A stretch of DNA of 64,000 bases, from the NCBI GenBank assembly GCA_964270895.1, contig OZ185435.1; one strand, written 5' to 3'. This DNA is from Podarcis filfolensis (Eukaryota). The position numbers and the translations under genes are program-made. Positions 34,933 to 48,295 of the stretch are shown one piece after another. The notes below the pieces were generated by a model, which saw only the letters and a program-made list of their open reading frames with translations, had not been told where the DNA came from and searched no databases. Position 1 is the stretch's first letter, and the number at the start of each line of letters is the position of its first letter.

Positions 34933-35577
34933 ATTTACGCTGTGTTTGTGATGTTCCATTATGTTCCATCAGGTTATTGCCATTTATTGTTTGTAAGCCG
35001 CTTTGAGGTTCTTTTGAATGAAAAGCGGCCTAGAAATATAATAAATCAAATCAGAGGGGCATGTGGGGGTGGGGGGCCTTGAGGCAGTATTTCAACCCTA
35101 CCCTACCCCAATCAAGTTTTATCCCTGTACCACAATGAAGAAAGGAAACAAAATCACCTAGCTGGCTTTTATTCAATTCGTTATTTTTAAAAAATTCGGG
35201 AAATAGCTAGGAGTCTTTCAAAGTTTCATGCACCAATAAGAAAAAAATCTGCCTCCCACAAGAGCATTTTTCTTTTCTTAGCAGTATCCATGACACCACC
35301 ATGCCTACATTATGGAACAAGATACATATTAACTAATGGCCTACCATTAAGTTCGCATAAAACACACACATATAAATTACATGCTTCAATGGAATCTTGC
35401 CTCTGAAAAGCCCTGACAAGCTGGGGAATACAGATGTATTTGTGGTGTAACGTGCAAATAATGTCACTTTCCTATAGAATAACGTGGGATCTTTTAAGGA
35501 TAAAATGGGTTACGAAGAACCAACCCACATTTTGATTCTTGTGAAGAGGAGCAAGCAGTACTGTTCAGTTCTCCACC

Positions 35578-35578
<1 letters not shown>

Positions 35579-35620
<42 letters not shown>
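35579..35620. repeat. (TAA)14 microsatellite
   Basis: Read directly. Confidence 0.95.
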
Positions 35621-35622
<2 letters not shown>

Positions 35623-37484
35623 CATAAACCAAATAAAGCCAGGACCATGGAAATTCACTCAGGTACTCGTAAATTTCCAACCTTAAACTCACAGCATACA
35701 AATAGATGAATCCAGCAAGTCAGAGAGCAAAGCCAATTTAATCTGTGGCTCCCCTGAGGTAAATGTAGTTCACAGTCCTGCCCCCACCCCAACCTCAGCC
35801 ATAATCCCCGGTTCCTGGAGGAAAAAAAAAAGCACTGAAGTGAGGAAAATTCTACAGCAGGATATAATGATCCAAAATGACAGGGACAATAATGACAATG
35901 AATTTCATGTCTCCCAGTCATGTGCTGGGGATGCTTGACTGGGCTGACTTATACAATTAAATTGTTACAGGTACAGCAGGAGATGCAGTTATCATCTGCA
36001 TGCTTTTGGGAACGGCGCCTCCAGCAACCGCGGTGCTATGGAATGTAGAGCCGGCCTTTTGTTAGGAATAAAAACAAGGAGTCCAGTAGGTATGCTTATA
36101 TGTGCGGCTGCCCTCTGTGACTTTAGGGGGCAAGAAGAGGACGAGAGAGAGGTAGTTCAAACACGGAAGGGAGACTACACGGTGTTTATGAGGGCATTCG
36201 TGATTGAGGGGCATCAAGTTCATTTTACTAAATTAAATTGATCTTCATTCTTCTTCTGAAGGATGAAATGCCACAAAAAGGTACTGGAAACAACAACTGC
36301 AAAGAACGGGTATCTCATAACACTGTGCACCAAAGCAGAATATCAGCCATAATTCATCAGGACACTTGAAATTTTAGACTTCCTTCTTCCACATACTATT
36401 TACACTAAACCACAGTAGTAAGAGCCCTTCAATTAAAAATAAAGGTGCCACAATCCACCGGTAAATGATTCATTTCCCATATATTCCGCCACAAACAGGA
36501 AATCAGCTCTCCACATCTACAGCCATCCTCGCTGCAGGTAAGTGCAGGTTTCCCCCTAAAGAGTTCCAGTTTATAGGAATTATTCAAAATAATTCCGAGT
36601 CTCAGCACTGCCTTTAACTACCCATAACAGTTCCCTCGGTTTGCTGCTTCTTGCTACCCGTGGATTTGCACCGCCAAAGAGGTTGTCATATTTCCATTGT
36701 GAGGAGCGTGCTTCAAGGAACCTTTTCAATGGCAGCTTGTCACACTGTTTTCGTTTCCAAATGAGAAAAACGCTGGAAATTAAGCGTATGAAGTTTTAGA
36801 ACTGCGCAAGTTCTCTACTGAGCTGTGCGCCCCCAATTATATACCTTGATAGCCTCGAAATTATAAATTAGTCAAAAGTAAAATTATAAACCTGTAACTT
36901 TTCATAATTCAGCGCACGCTGGAAAGACAACCATAGGAGGCTAGAAGGGGGAAAGTACTTATTCCACTGCTGACAGCTTAATGAATGTTCTTCAGGTTTT
37001 TCCCATTGATTTTTTGGTCTTTTGTCCCCCTACATTAAAAAAAATCAAAAAAATCTTGTAGGGTTTACAATGAGCGAGTGTCTCACTTTTCAAAAGTGAC
37101 ATGACCACTCACCCCCCCCGACAATAATTAAGAAACTTTCTCCTATTCTAAACAGATACATGCAAATGTTTCATATTTGTTAGTATATCTTAAACCCCTT
37201 AAGTCTCAAATATATGCTTCTTCTAATTCTTATTTCTTTAAGAATGTGCGGGGCAGAGCTTACTAAAGGAGTTTGAACTGTTTTTATTTATTTTATATTA
37301 AATTGTAAATCATTTTGGGGTGCCTCATGGGAAGTGATTCGTGGATTAATAATAATAAGTTGCATTGGCTGAAATAAAATGGTGTCTGTGTGTGATCAGA
37401 ATGGGCATCCTCTCGTGCAACGGTGTTTTCTCTTCCTTTCCTCACCCCCTCCCCAAAATAGAAGTCTGTTCCGCTGGCACACAA

Positions 37485-37623
37485 ACACCACTGAATTTAC
37501 CCAATGGAACTTATTTCCTAAAAGGCACATATAACAGTTTGTATGTGTGCCTACTCAGAAGTAAGCCCCATTGGTTTCTTTAGTACTTACTCCCTGGTAA
37601 GTGTGTACAGGATTGCAGCCTTA
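37485..37623. repeat. Hairpin-type short repeat (agaagtaagcccca...acttac..ggattgcagcc); a second copy at 48595-49078 is split by a hAT
   Basis: Shared agaagtaag(c/t)ccca core and ggctrcaatcct / aggattgcagcc termini. Confidence 0.6.
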
Positions 37624-38920
37624 GTATAGCAAATTAGAACTGTTTACAAAATGTTCCCAAGATTTTAAAAGATGTTATATACATATTGTCTAAAATCAAT
37701 GTCTTCAAAACATGCCTATGCTTCAACTAGAATCTTTAAAGGGAGTCTTTTAATAGAAGCATAATCAAATATCTAAGCAAGACTCTTGCCATTTAAATCA
37801 GCAAATGCTTTGTGTGAATGCTTAGTATTTATTTTTTAAGAGGTAATTTTTATTTCTAATAGCCAAGTTGCACATGGTTTCCCTAGCATCCCACGTTACA
37901 GCTTCAAAACATTGAAATCAAATTCTCTCTGCTTCCAAAAAGAAACCGCTTAGAAATTCCTCTAGAAATCTCAGTGTTGGTTTTTCCATAGTGCCTCTTT
38001 ACTAATTTTCCTTGAGCTACATAAATGAAACTGACAGATCACTGCTCAGATAGCAGCCACATTCCTCCCCCAAAATGTTGCCTTTTTGCTATTCAGCAGT
38101 ATCTGAATACCAACAAATGCTAAATGAAGTCTGACATGTACCCCTAAGAAACAAACTTGTAAGTTGCAGCTTCAAAGGAAACCTTGAATAAATAGGACAC
38201 ATTGTGTACACCCAGGCTAACATCCAACATATGCTTAGGTTTCCTGATGCTTCTACAGACCAAGAATAGCCCCTGGTAAAGTCTGCGATTTGCTGCTGCT
38301 GGTACATCCAACATTTATAATGTAGCTTTTTTTGTTGTTGTTGTTGCCTGTATAAACAAATTTAAAATGCAATTAAAGAAGGCTAGAGCAACAACAGCCT
38401 ACAAAGCGAGAATATATAGTAGAAAATGAAATACTTGGCAGGTCACTGGTTTGATAAATAATTAGGGAATTAAGAGGGGGAGAGGAAGGAATGGAGATCT
38501 GGTACCCAATTTTGCATTTAAGTTCCTTTTTTAAAGGCAGGCATAAAAGTGTTTGAGCAAATGATCTGGCTGGGGGCGGGGGGGGGGGAGAGAATAAACC
38601 CTTTAGTGGGCTGAATCTACCCAATGTAAAACAAGGGGACAATAGCTGCTGCGAGGCACTTCTCTTTGCAGCCAGTAGATGCTACTAACAACACAAATTA
38701 TAACATGTCTTATAACGTCTAAGAAGCTGGAACAGATGGAAGAGAATACAGAGGAGGTACAAAGGTGTCCCATCACCATATAAAGACTGGAAGGGTCCAC
38801 TCTCAGGTAATCAGAAACTGAAGACCTCTGGGCCAAATCTAGCCCCCTGCAGATTCCCTAGTTGGCCATCAAGGGGCAAGAGAGACTGTGGAGTGTGATC
38901 TGCAGCAACAGTATCAGAAA

Positions 38921-39197
38921 CCAGCTTGGATAGCTCACTTGGATACAGCATAATGCTGGTAGTGCCAAGGTTGCAAGTTCGAACCCTGTATGGGTCCGCT
39001 GCATTGGACTAGATCAGCCTTTCTCAACCTGTGGGTCACCAGATGTTGTTGGACTACAACTCCCATCACCCCTAGCTAGCAAGGCCAGAGCTCAGGGATG
39101 ATGGGAGTTGTAGTCCAACAACATCTGGGGACCCACAGGTTGAGAACCGCTGGACTAGATGATCCTTAGGGTTCCTTCCATCTGTACAATTCTATGA
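38921..39197 (+). mobile_element. Squam2-type SINE (tRNA head plus CR1-like tail) containing a nested hAT MITE
   Basis: tagctcacttgg A-box, gttcgaacc B-box, ggactagatgatcc...caattctatga CR1 tail. Confidence 0.8.
39015..39152. mobile_element. Palindromic hAT MITE, 138 bp
   Basis: cagcctttctcaacctgtggg...cccacaggttgagaaccgctg; exact 8-bp TSD gactagat. Confidence 0.92.
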
Positions 39198-40042
39198 CAC
39201 CAGGTAATATAAGGCTGTGGGAAGCAGTCAGGGCCTTGGCCCTCTCCTAACTTCACTCTCAAAGCAACCCTCCAAGGAAGCTGGTTACCAAACACTTTTT
39301 TTCCAAAGGCACGAGCTGCTACTTCATTGGCACTTTCTAAAATTCCACATTTTATTTGAGCGAGTGCCTAGTTCTCAGTACCAAATCATGATAACGTGGC
39401 TGGGGCATGCTAAACGCAGCTATCAGGTTTGGAGAAGGCTAGCACAATGGCCTTCCGCTGTCCCAGCATAACCAATGGGCAAACAGAGTTTGCATGACCT
39501 TTATTTTTTATTTAAAATAATCTTCTTTTATCTTCAGCAAAACCTTCCAGGATAGCTAAAATCCAAAGTGGTGCGTGTTTTTAGTAAAAAGTGGTTTCTT
39601 TTATTTCTTGTTTCCACATAGAGCCAATAAGTTTGCTGAATCACTTAGCACGCCACACTCAACCCACGGCTGTGGCAATTTGCACGCATCACAAACAATT
39701 TGTGTGTCCCGCTTCCTATGCTCACAAGCCAGGCTGTGGGGGGAAGGGATGGCTGGCCACCCACAGAGCAATCCTGCAATTTTGGTCTTAGCATTTTCAG
39801 CCCAGGAGAAGGGACCTGAAGAAATTTCTTCCATTTGTTTGATTGACTCCTCACCCAAAGTTCGATGCCTGTGGGTGGGTGAGGCCAGAGGCGAAAGTTC
39901 ATGAAGAAACCAATGTCTACAGCAGAAACATTGCAGCCATGCAAAAAAAAGGAGGGTCACAGAACCAAACTGGTGAGGTGTAGCCCGGGGACAGTACCAG
40001 AGGCCAGATAGAGAGTCCCCACCCCTCTTCTGAATGTTAATA

Positions 40043-40268
40043 CAGTGGTACCTCAGGTTAAGTACTTAATTCGTTCCAGAGGTCCATGCTTAACCTGAAA
40101 CTGTTCTTAACCTGAAGCACCACTTTAGCTAATGGGGCCTCCTGCTGCTGCCGTGCTGCCGGAGCACAATTTCTGTTCTCATCCTGAAGCAAAGTTCTTA
40201 ACCTGAAGCACTATTTCTGGGTTAGCGGAGTATGTAACCTGAAGCGTATGTAACCTGAGGTACCACTG
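40043..40268 (+). mobile_element. Tigger/pogo-like MITE family A, 226 bp
   Basis: TA|cagtggtacctcaggtta ... taacctgaggtaccactg|TA. Confidence 0.92.
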
Positions 40269-43200
40269 TAGTAAACTTTAGGAAATACACTCATGGTCCA
40301 GGTTTACAGAAGGCAACTGAAAGCAGAAGGTAGATCAGAAGAGAGGGATGCAATAAACAGGGAGCTGAGACAAACAGAAAGAGGAAACAGGAATAGACCA
40401 AGGGTGGTAGAGCGAGGGTCAAAAAAAAAAGGGCATCAAAGCAGGAAGGCATAGATTCCTACCAGTTGCTGCTACCCCACTGATAAGCAGCTAATTCTTG
40501 GTTCACACTAATCAAGATTCAGGAAGTTATTCCCTCCTGAGGCAACAGTCCAGGCCTAGATGATCAACAAATTCCAGAGCCAAGCTCCTACACACTGTGC
40601 AGGAGAGTAACAACTATCAAGATCTAGACATTATTTTTTGCTGGTCGGGATGAGTGTGGGAGTGGCTAGGTTCATATGATCAGAAGCCATGTGCTGCACA
40701 TGTAGCTTATAGGAACGTGGGCACCTACAGCATTCAACCAGTTCAGCAGACAAGGCAGAAAACCCAAGCATGGTTTACAAAGGCCAGAACATGCATGGAC
40801 CAAGCGCACTCCTTCCTTTCTCTCCTCTGCTCCCCTGGCTTCAGCACTTTGATCCTGGCTCCTCCTAAATTTGGAACTGTGGTTCAATGTTGGCTTACTA
40901 AGATGTGAGGCAGTGCATGCTTTCTCTAAAAAAGGGTCACATCTGGCAAGCCAGCCAGTTGCAAAACCTGGTCTTTTAGGGGAAGGAGCAACAGCTTGCT
41001 TGCCCTCATCTATCCCAAAACTGCCACCAGACATCTGTTCAGGGTTTCCACAGCCTCTATGTATCTAGCAGCTGGAACAAGAGGAAGAATTGAGTGTCAC
41101 CTGCATATTGACAACATTTCCGTTCAAATCTCTGAATGACTACTTCTAGCAATTTTATGTAGATATTAAAGAGCATGGTGGATGATTTGGACTTTTGAGG
41201 TGCCACAAAGGCTAGCAGTGGCCATGAAAATGGAACGGAAGTCTTTCAGCACTGTCTGGTCTATTTATCCCACCAGAGAGGACCACAGCCACCTCCTAAT
41301 GATGTTGATAAGATGCTGAGTGATCCAGGAGATGCCCAGTGCAAGTCATCCATCCAGGAAACAAAATCAGGCCAAAAGTCAGACTGAAGTATTATAAAAC
41401 CAAACGAAGAGCAGGATTTTCTAGGCCTACTATTTAAGGTTATTTTAACCAGAGGTGCCAAGGGACTTTTTGCGGATTGAGCCCCCTGCCCAATATTAGA
41501 GGTTATCTTGCTCTTAACGAGCAATCAAATCTTGAAAAAAAATTAACTTCCCAGTTTCTATAGTTAAGTAATATCAGACAATTGCTATGAAAACACACAG
41601 AGATGCAATACTGGATCTCTGCTCTGCTTGCAAATCACTTCAGCTCACCAACCAAACTGAGCTTCAAACCATTTGATGAAAAATCTAGCCTCAAAACGGA
41701 TTTTGCTTGCTCATTATTGACATGACAACAATCTTACTAGATCTCTGACTGCCCAAACAAAAAGCACACAGCAGCCAATGCTGTTCTTGCAGCTAAAGAG
41801 ACTCATACTTTTATAAGCATTTCAGACTCCTTGTTTATAAAATGAGATTTGGCACAGGCTATTTTAGTTAAGAGAAAATTAGTGTTCAAGTTTCGAATTC
41901 ATGCTGTGAGCCCCCACCATTTCCTTAACTCTTTCATAGGGAAAGAGAAAAATTTAAGTGCCCAAAAGGAAAGGAAAGGGGACTGCTCTTAATTCAAGTT
42001 CTTTCTGGTAAGAAAGAGATAAGCAAGGGAAAGGTTGGTACTCTTAAACAGAACAAACCAAGAACCATCACTGCTTATTTCAGATTACTGATGCTACAAT
42101 GCTTCTCACTGAAAATTGATAGTATCTGTTACAAAACTACTCTACAGTTTAGGATGCAGGCTTGGGATAACTCAAGTCAGATGGAGAAGCACAGATTGAC
42201 CCAATTTGCATTTCCGCTCAGTCCACAATGAAGCCATTGTATGACTGTTTCACTACGCAGCCAAATCACAGCTCATCCCACATTTAATGTGCCTTTGCAA
42301 AGCTTCCCAAAAGGGGGTTGGCAATACAGCACCAGATTTGTGGAGAGTGGGATCTGGCTGCATAGTGAAGCATCAGGCAGCCTTCGTGCTTCAATGTGTG
42401 CGCATCTTATTCATGAACATTCGGAGAGACATCCTGCTAGTGCAAAGATGGTTTGCTGGCTACAAGAGGGGCTTTTTAAAAGAAATAAAATGCAAGGTTA
42501 TACACTCTTGCCCCTAACAGTGTGGCGGGGGGTGGGGAAGTTCCCATAAAAACACCCAGTGAGGAAAAACTGATAACAAAAAGCATTCCGTGGGTCTTAC
42601 AAAGACAAGAAATTCACAGTCGAGGCTGGCCTTTAGTACGTAGGAATGGCAGAGAGCTATAAGAAAGTAGTTATGTGGGCACCCTGCTGTGGAAATAGTT
42701 GCATTCCAACATCACAAACTGAATTTCTTGGCTTTTAGTAATCTCTGAACACATTTGGTAGAGGCTGCTTCCCCCCATCGCTTTATTAAAATGTATGCAG
42801 GTTCAACTCCAATTCAATGTGCATGTAACATTTCATTTTGTGCCCAAAAATGCAGATGGGATGCTCTTGAAGAGTCATCCAAGTTTAGTGAAAGAAGCTA
42901 CTGAAGAGTTCTTTGCTCAAGAAACTCACTGGCGGCTGGCTAACCGCACCTCCTTGATCCTGACTGTTGGGCTGACACGTCTACCATAACTGCCACACAT
43001 TTACTACTGGTGCCCTCACACGTGGCGTCGCTCAGGAATTCTGACAAACCTAAAAATTGGTGCAGGGGTTAAAATCACTGCAGTTTTTAAAAGGTTCGGT
43101 CTGCCATATTGACTCAAAATGGTGTCCAAATGTTTCCAAACAAATGGAAACCTGTCCCTTCACCTCAGGCACCATCATACAAAATGCAATCACAATATTG

Positions 43201-43850
43201 TAAAGAAGTGTCCAAATGCATAGCGAACAAACATCTTTCCAAAACCTAAAGCAGATGCGGAGGCTTTGTGGATGGAAACACAAAGAAGCCCACTTACAGG
43301 GGAGCAGACTTGGAGAGCCACAAAACTCAGAAAGCACAAGTTTACTCTACAGACGGCAGATATGCGACATATACTGTCCTCTTTTCATTAGAATCACAGG
43401 GCTGGTTCATATATGCATGCACTTAAATGCAGTTAAATGCATTTGAGTTGACGCTGGAAGATATGGAAAGTTCTGACAGGAAATAATAGATCTGTGGTGG
43501 CCCCATCACCCACAGATGTCAGTTATAAACATATACAGTATATCTGTCTATGAGTTAAGAACATGTACAGATGAACATGCCCTGGAATCACAGAAATGAA
43601 ATACATTAGAAGAGCCATTTGGTCCAATCCCTTGGCACACTTCCTAGTGGATGATGAAGGGCCATCAACCACCCATGACTCAACCTAGAAGAAGAGATGC
43701 TGCTGGAGAGTAGCTGCATAGGAACTAGCTCCACACAAATGAATCAAGCGAGTAAACCGATTAATAAAGAAGCAATGGTCTTTGTTTCAGACTAATGTTT
43801 TAGTTTTTTAAAAAATAAATAAAAGCTGTTAGGTAGTTAAGAGAACATAC

Positions 43851-44014
43851 CATCATAGTAGACAATGGCACCTACGAGTTTGTCCTTCCGCAACATAGGA
43901 AAGAGTTCCAGGGCTTTTGATTTGCTAAGTACGTAGCTGCTTTTCAGACACTGGCTTCCTGCTACAAGGTCATAGAGTTTAATTCCCACCCAGTAGTACG
44001 GCAGCTGCCACCAC
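43851..44014 (-). CDS. GPD2: GPD2 coding exon 5 (human exon 6): WWQLPYYWVGIKLYDLVAGSQCLKSSY...KLVGAIVYYD
   Basis: 164 nt; acceptor ctcctctcgtag, donor G|GTATGT. Confidence 0.97.
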
Positions 44015-44930
44015 CTACGAGAGGAGACAGAGGGAGGGAGATAAATCAAGGAGCACCATTTCACATGCCTGGTTTCTACTGCATAGTCTTTCAGAAAGGA
44101 TACTGCAAACCACAACTATATTTCTGAAGAGTCAAAAGAACCAGAGTGGGTTTGGTGTGTGTGGGAGAAGTCCCATTCTCGTCTCTCGGCTTCCATGAAG
44201 CGAAGTGTGCAACTTCTACAGGTCAATTCTGAAGCCTAACGTATCTTAGAGGGTTAGTACAAGGACAAAACACTGCGTGAGGACACTGCAAGACATTTTA
44301 TTTCTTGGGCTGCTGCTCTGTTTGGTTTTGTGATTGTTTTATTGCATTTTATGGTCCTTATTCTGAACCACCTTGAACTTCTGTAAGGTGGATGGTTTTA
44401 AAAAAAAAATCAAGACTGTGAATTACAAACCAGAATATATCCACTCCAACTCTCACATGAATCACACACTTATTAGGTGACCTTAGGCAACTCACTATTC
44501 TTTCAGCCTCACACCATGGCCCCAAACTTGGTCCCCTTGCAATAGCCAAAGTAAGACATGAAGAAGAACACCAGCTGCCCAATTCAGGAACAGTGTTTTA
44601 GCATCCCCTCTCATGTCCCTCTCAGACTTAATGGCCCTTCCACCTTCCTCTGACTGAGAGGATGTCCCCAGTGACATCTCCAGCCCCTCTGTCCTGCAAA
44701 ATTGGACAAAGGTCCTTTTAAAAAGCTTCCCTCTGGAATTTGTATTCTCAAAAGGCGAGACATCCGCAACTGCAATGGTGAAATTTTTACCTCCACAATC
44801 AAGGATGCAAGCCTGTCACAAACTGAAGAACATAATTAAGGGGGAAACATGTTAAAATTCATTCCCAGTGACCCAGATTGAACAACCACCCTAAATGAAG
44901 CAAATTCAGAATAAACATCAAGTGACTTAC

Positions 44931-45028
44931 TTGTAAACAGGAAGCATTATAGGCAGAGGAGAAGATAAATGAGGTGCGATCTCAAGCAGGTTGGCACGTT
45001 CATGCAGGGCTTCTTTCACCATTCTGTA
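44931..45028 (-). CDS. GPD2: GPD2 coding exon 4 (human exon 5): YRMVKEALHERANLLEIAPHLSSPLPIMLPVYK
   Basis: 98 nt; acceptor ttatttttttag, donor AA|GTAAGT. Confidence 0.97.
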
Positions 45029-45299
45029 CTAAAAAAATAACAACACAGAATACATTCTTGATTATGTTGCCAGAGAGCATTCTTCCACAGCAATTCTGTC
45101 TATCCTCTCACAAGCACCTTAGCTCAAAAGACTACATTTTCTCTAGGAACGTAAACTAGTAAGGATCTAGCAAACTGGAAAAAAGGCTCCAGGATGGGCT
45201 ACAACAATATAATCAAACATTTAAGCTAATTCCCCCTGTTGTTTGTGTCCCGAAAGGGCTTACTCCCTTAACACAATGTAGTAGTTTGCAGATGTATTC

Positions 45300-45742
45300 A
45301 GAGAGATATTACCGAAGCAGGCGAGCAAATTAGCAGCAATGATTTAGCAAGAATTACCTTCGAAAGAAGAATGGCAGACGAAACTGATCGATTATGCAGA
45401 GATAGAGAAATTGACAGCAAAGAACAGAAACCATGAAGATCAAGTATTTGAAAAAGATTGGAATAAATTTTTATATTATCTAAAAGACCACTGTAAACAC
45501 TTAAAATTACTGGCAGGAATGTGAAGAGCTTATAATGTGAAATGTTTATTATATGCTTTTTCTTTTATTTTTGAATAATCAGGAGTTGGTAATACAAAAA
45601 TATGCAGTCAATTCTTATTAAAGTAGAAACCCATGAAGGGAGGGAGGGATGGAGGTCTGATGATCTAAGTTAAATAGTAAAAATGTGACATGGAATATTG
45701 GTGTAAAAATTGTGGGGGAAAATTTAAAAATAAAAATAAAAC
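45300..45742 (+). mobile_element. L1 3' fragment (ORF2 C-terminus plus 3' UTR)
   Basis: LPSKEEWQTKLIDYAEIEKLTAKNRNHEDQVFEKDWNKF-like frame; A-rich end. Confidence 0.8.
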
Positions 45743-45950
45743 AACAATGATTCAGCAAACCAATGTTATACTGTAGGGAGAGCCCTTCTTTGCATTCTGA
45801 ACTTGCAATCTGTCAAAATTTAGAATACCTGAGACAAAATTACGAAAATCTTTCTCCGGGGTGTAAAGAGCAAGATATGTCACCCAAGTGTTCCCAGCTA
45901 CCCCAACAAGGAAACCTATCAACGATTATCATACGCTGTGTGGTGATATA

Positions 45951-46245
45951 AGGTAAAGGTAAAGGGACCGCTGACCAAGGGAGCCGGCGTACAGCTTCTG
46001 GGTCATGTGGCCAGCATGACTAAGCCACTTCTGGCGAACCAGAGCAGCACACGGAAACGCTGTTTTACCTTCCCGCCGGAGCGGTACCTATTTATCTAAC
46101 TTGCACTTCGTGCTTTTGAACTGCTGGGTTGGCAAGAGCAGGGACCGAGCAACGGGAGCTCACCCCATCGCGGGGATTCGAACCACTGACCTTCTGACGG
46201 CAAGCCCTAGGCTCTGTGGTTTAACCTACAGTGCAACCCGCGTTC
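45951..46245 (-). mobile_element. Sauria SINE with internal deletion of about 55-60 bp
   Basis: (aaggta)n tail; aligns with the 18964 copy except ctgacca joins directly to agggagccgg. Confidence 0.9.
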
Positions 46246-48099
46246 TTGTGTGATAATATAGAGGACCTAAAAACATTATTGGCACTGAAAGTGAGATGCC
46301 AGAAGGAAGTGTCTTTTAGTTTCCTGTGCTCAAAAGCATATAGCTCAAACAAATCAATGACGAGGTGCTTAAAATTAAAATCTGTCAATCCTGATTTTGA
46401 CAGGGAAGCATAGTATACGCTTGTCCCAAGCTTGAGGCCTGTCTGTACCCATGCTACACCACTGACCTTAACCTTAGCATATGTATCAAAAGATAGCAGC
46501 CACCTGATTCTTCAGGAAAGGAGCAATCTGACCTCTCCTTACAGATGCTCAGGTTCTATAAATAAAGTTGGCAAACAGCAACAACTTCACAGATATGGAG
46601 CATGTGCAGTCAGATGGTAGGTGCATGTCAATTAGGGTGGGTAGGGAGTCTGAGAATACTTCCTGACAGATGCCCTCAAGGGGCAAACTGGCAGCCAAAT
46701 ACACATGTGGATTCATTTCTGCACAGGAAAAACTGATCAAACATTTTTTACTACCCACTGATGACAATTTGGTAGGGACGATCAGCGCCAAAAAAGTAGT
46801 TTCAGACTGCTGGCTGGTGATCCCTGACTTGAATGATAGGGGCGCACCGATGAGCAGCACAAAATGTGATGTCTTGTGGCTTCCTGTTTTTGGACACGAC
46901 ACCCACCGAGGAACTGAGGGTTCTCAGCTAACTCCTCTGTCGCCGTCAGCTTTAGCTACACAACACCTATTCTGTTGTGAAGATACCCCTTTAGACACAC
47001 ACCCCAACGGCAAGTACGAATTGTGGAATTATAACACATATTGATCCCTCAGTGATTGCTGTCAGCCATACAGAAGGGTATAGGAAGCATGCAGGATAGA
47101 GCCCATTGCACAGATAGGCCAAAGGGGATTAGATGTGCCGCACATCAACTGATTCCCCTGAAAGAAATCGATGCACCGTGTCTATAGTTCCAATCATGAA
47201 GGCCTTAAAACCTTTTCTCTGCCCCTTTACAATCTTACCAAAGCAATCAAGATGCAATTATTTAAAATCGGCAAAGTAAGCACCGTGCTTTGATCTGCAT
47301 AGTCTGTGAGAACCTAAATGTACATACCTCCTAGGACTGTAGCACTTCAAAATGCAGAAGATGAATTATTTCTTAGATTACACAAACCTGTCAAAACATT
47401 TCTTGCATGCAGAAAGCTACTCTGATGAGAAGAAGGATTCTAAATGTACCATCAGTTCCAGGAATACTAGACACTCATTTCAAATGCACTGTGAACTCTG
47501 GGCTGGGCCGAGGGACCTGAATTTTACTGTAGATAATTCTAAAGTTTGTTACTGGAGTTTAATATGATGATGATTTTCTCACCTCCACCCCGCCCCCATG
47601 TATTTCTTCCCCAGCTCCTCAATTCCAGCTGTGTTCTCTGCTTGTAAAGACAGGTTTACTACAGTTACAAAAGCCCCCCAAAAAATATGTTTCATTCATA
47701 TTGAGATTTTACACCAATATATTGTTTTTCATTGTAGAAATCTCAGTGTGTAAATGTCTCCGTTTGTCTTCAGATTCTGACTGGAGGTTACTGCAAATTC
47801 TACAAAGACCACCAAAAATGCATTTTTTAAAATGTATACTTTGGTTTCCCCGTGTTTTAAGGGAAATAGTCCCATTTAGATTTGTCATAAATTAGATATT
47901 AAGTGCTGCCATTTTTTCTCTGAATCCACCCTGCATACAGAATGCTTTGCCTAATGTCTGTGGCAAGCGACAGAAGAATGTATTCAAAACCTGAGGTATA
48001 TTAAAAACCATAAATGTGAGAACAAATTTAATTAGAAGAGGAGGAGGGAAATCAGCTAGACAGGTCTTTGCTTTACAGCTACCACCATAAAACAATTAC

Positions 48100-48295
48100 C
48101 TGGTCAAAATCCAACTTCATGATGGCCGTCTGAAGATATNNNNNNNNNNNNNNNNNNNNNNNNNNNNNNNNNNNNNNNNNNNNNNNNNNNNNNNNNNNNN
48201 NNNNNNNNNNNNNNNNNNNNNNNNNNNNNNNNNNNNNNNNNNNNNNNNNNNNNNNNNNNNNNNNNNNNNNNNNNNNNNNNNNNNNNNNNNNNNNN
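48100..48295 (-). CDS. GPD2: GPD2 coding exon 3 (human exon 4); only the 3' 40 nt (..YLQTAIMKLDFDQ) are visible, the rest is in an N-gap
   Basis: Donor CAG|GTAATT at 48098-48099; acceptor-like ttgtctctaccctag ends exactly at the gap edge (48296). Expected length is 125 nt, so the start coordinate is nominal. Confidence 0.85.
48140..48295. other. Assembly gap (156 N) covering most of a GPD2 coding exon
   Basis: Run of N. Confidence 1.

Noticed and set aside
3412-44014. AG|GT at the start of three exons as recursive splice sites
   Set aside because: The GT is dictated by the codons (Val, Gly, Lys-Trp) and the exons are full-length orthologous exons.
46759-46827. C/D snoRNA-like TGATGA...CTGA
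   Set aside because: Antisense to the host gene and no terminal stem.
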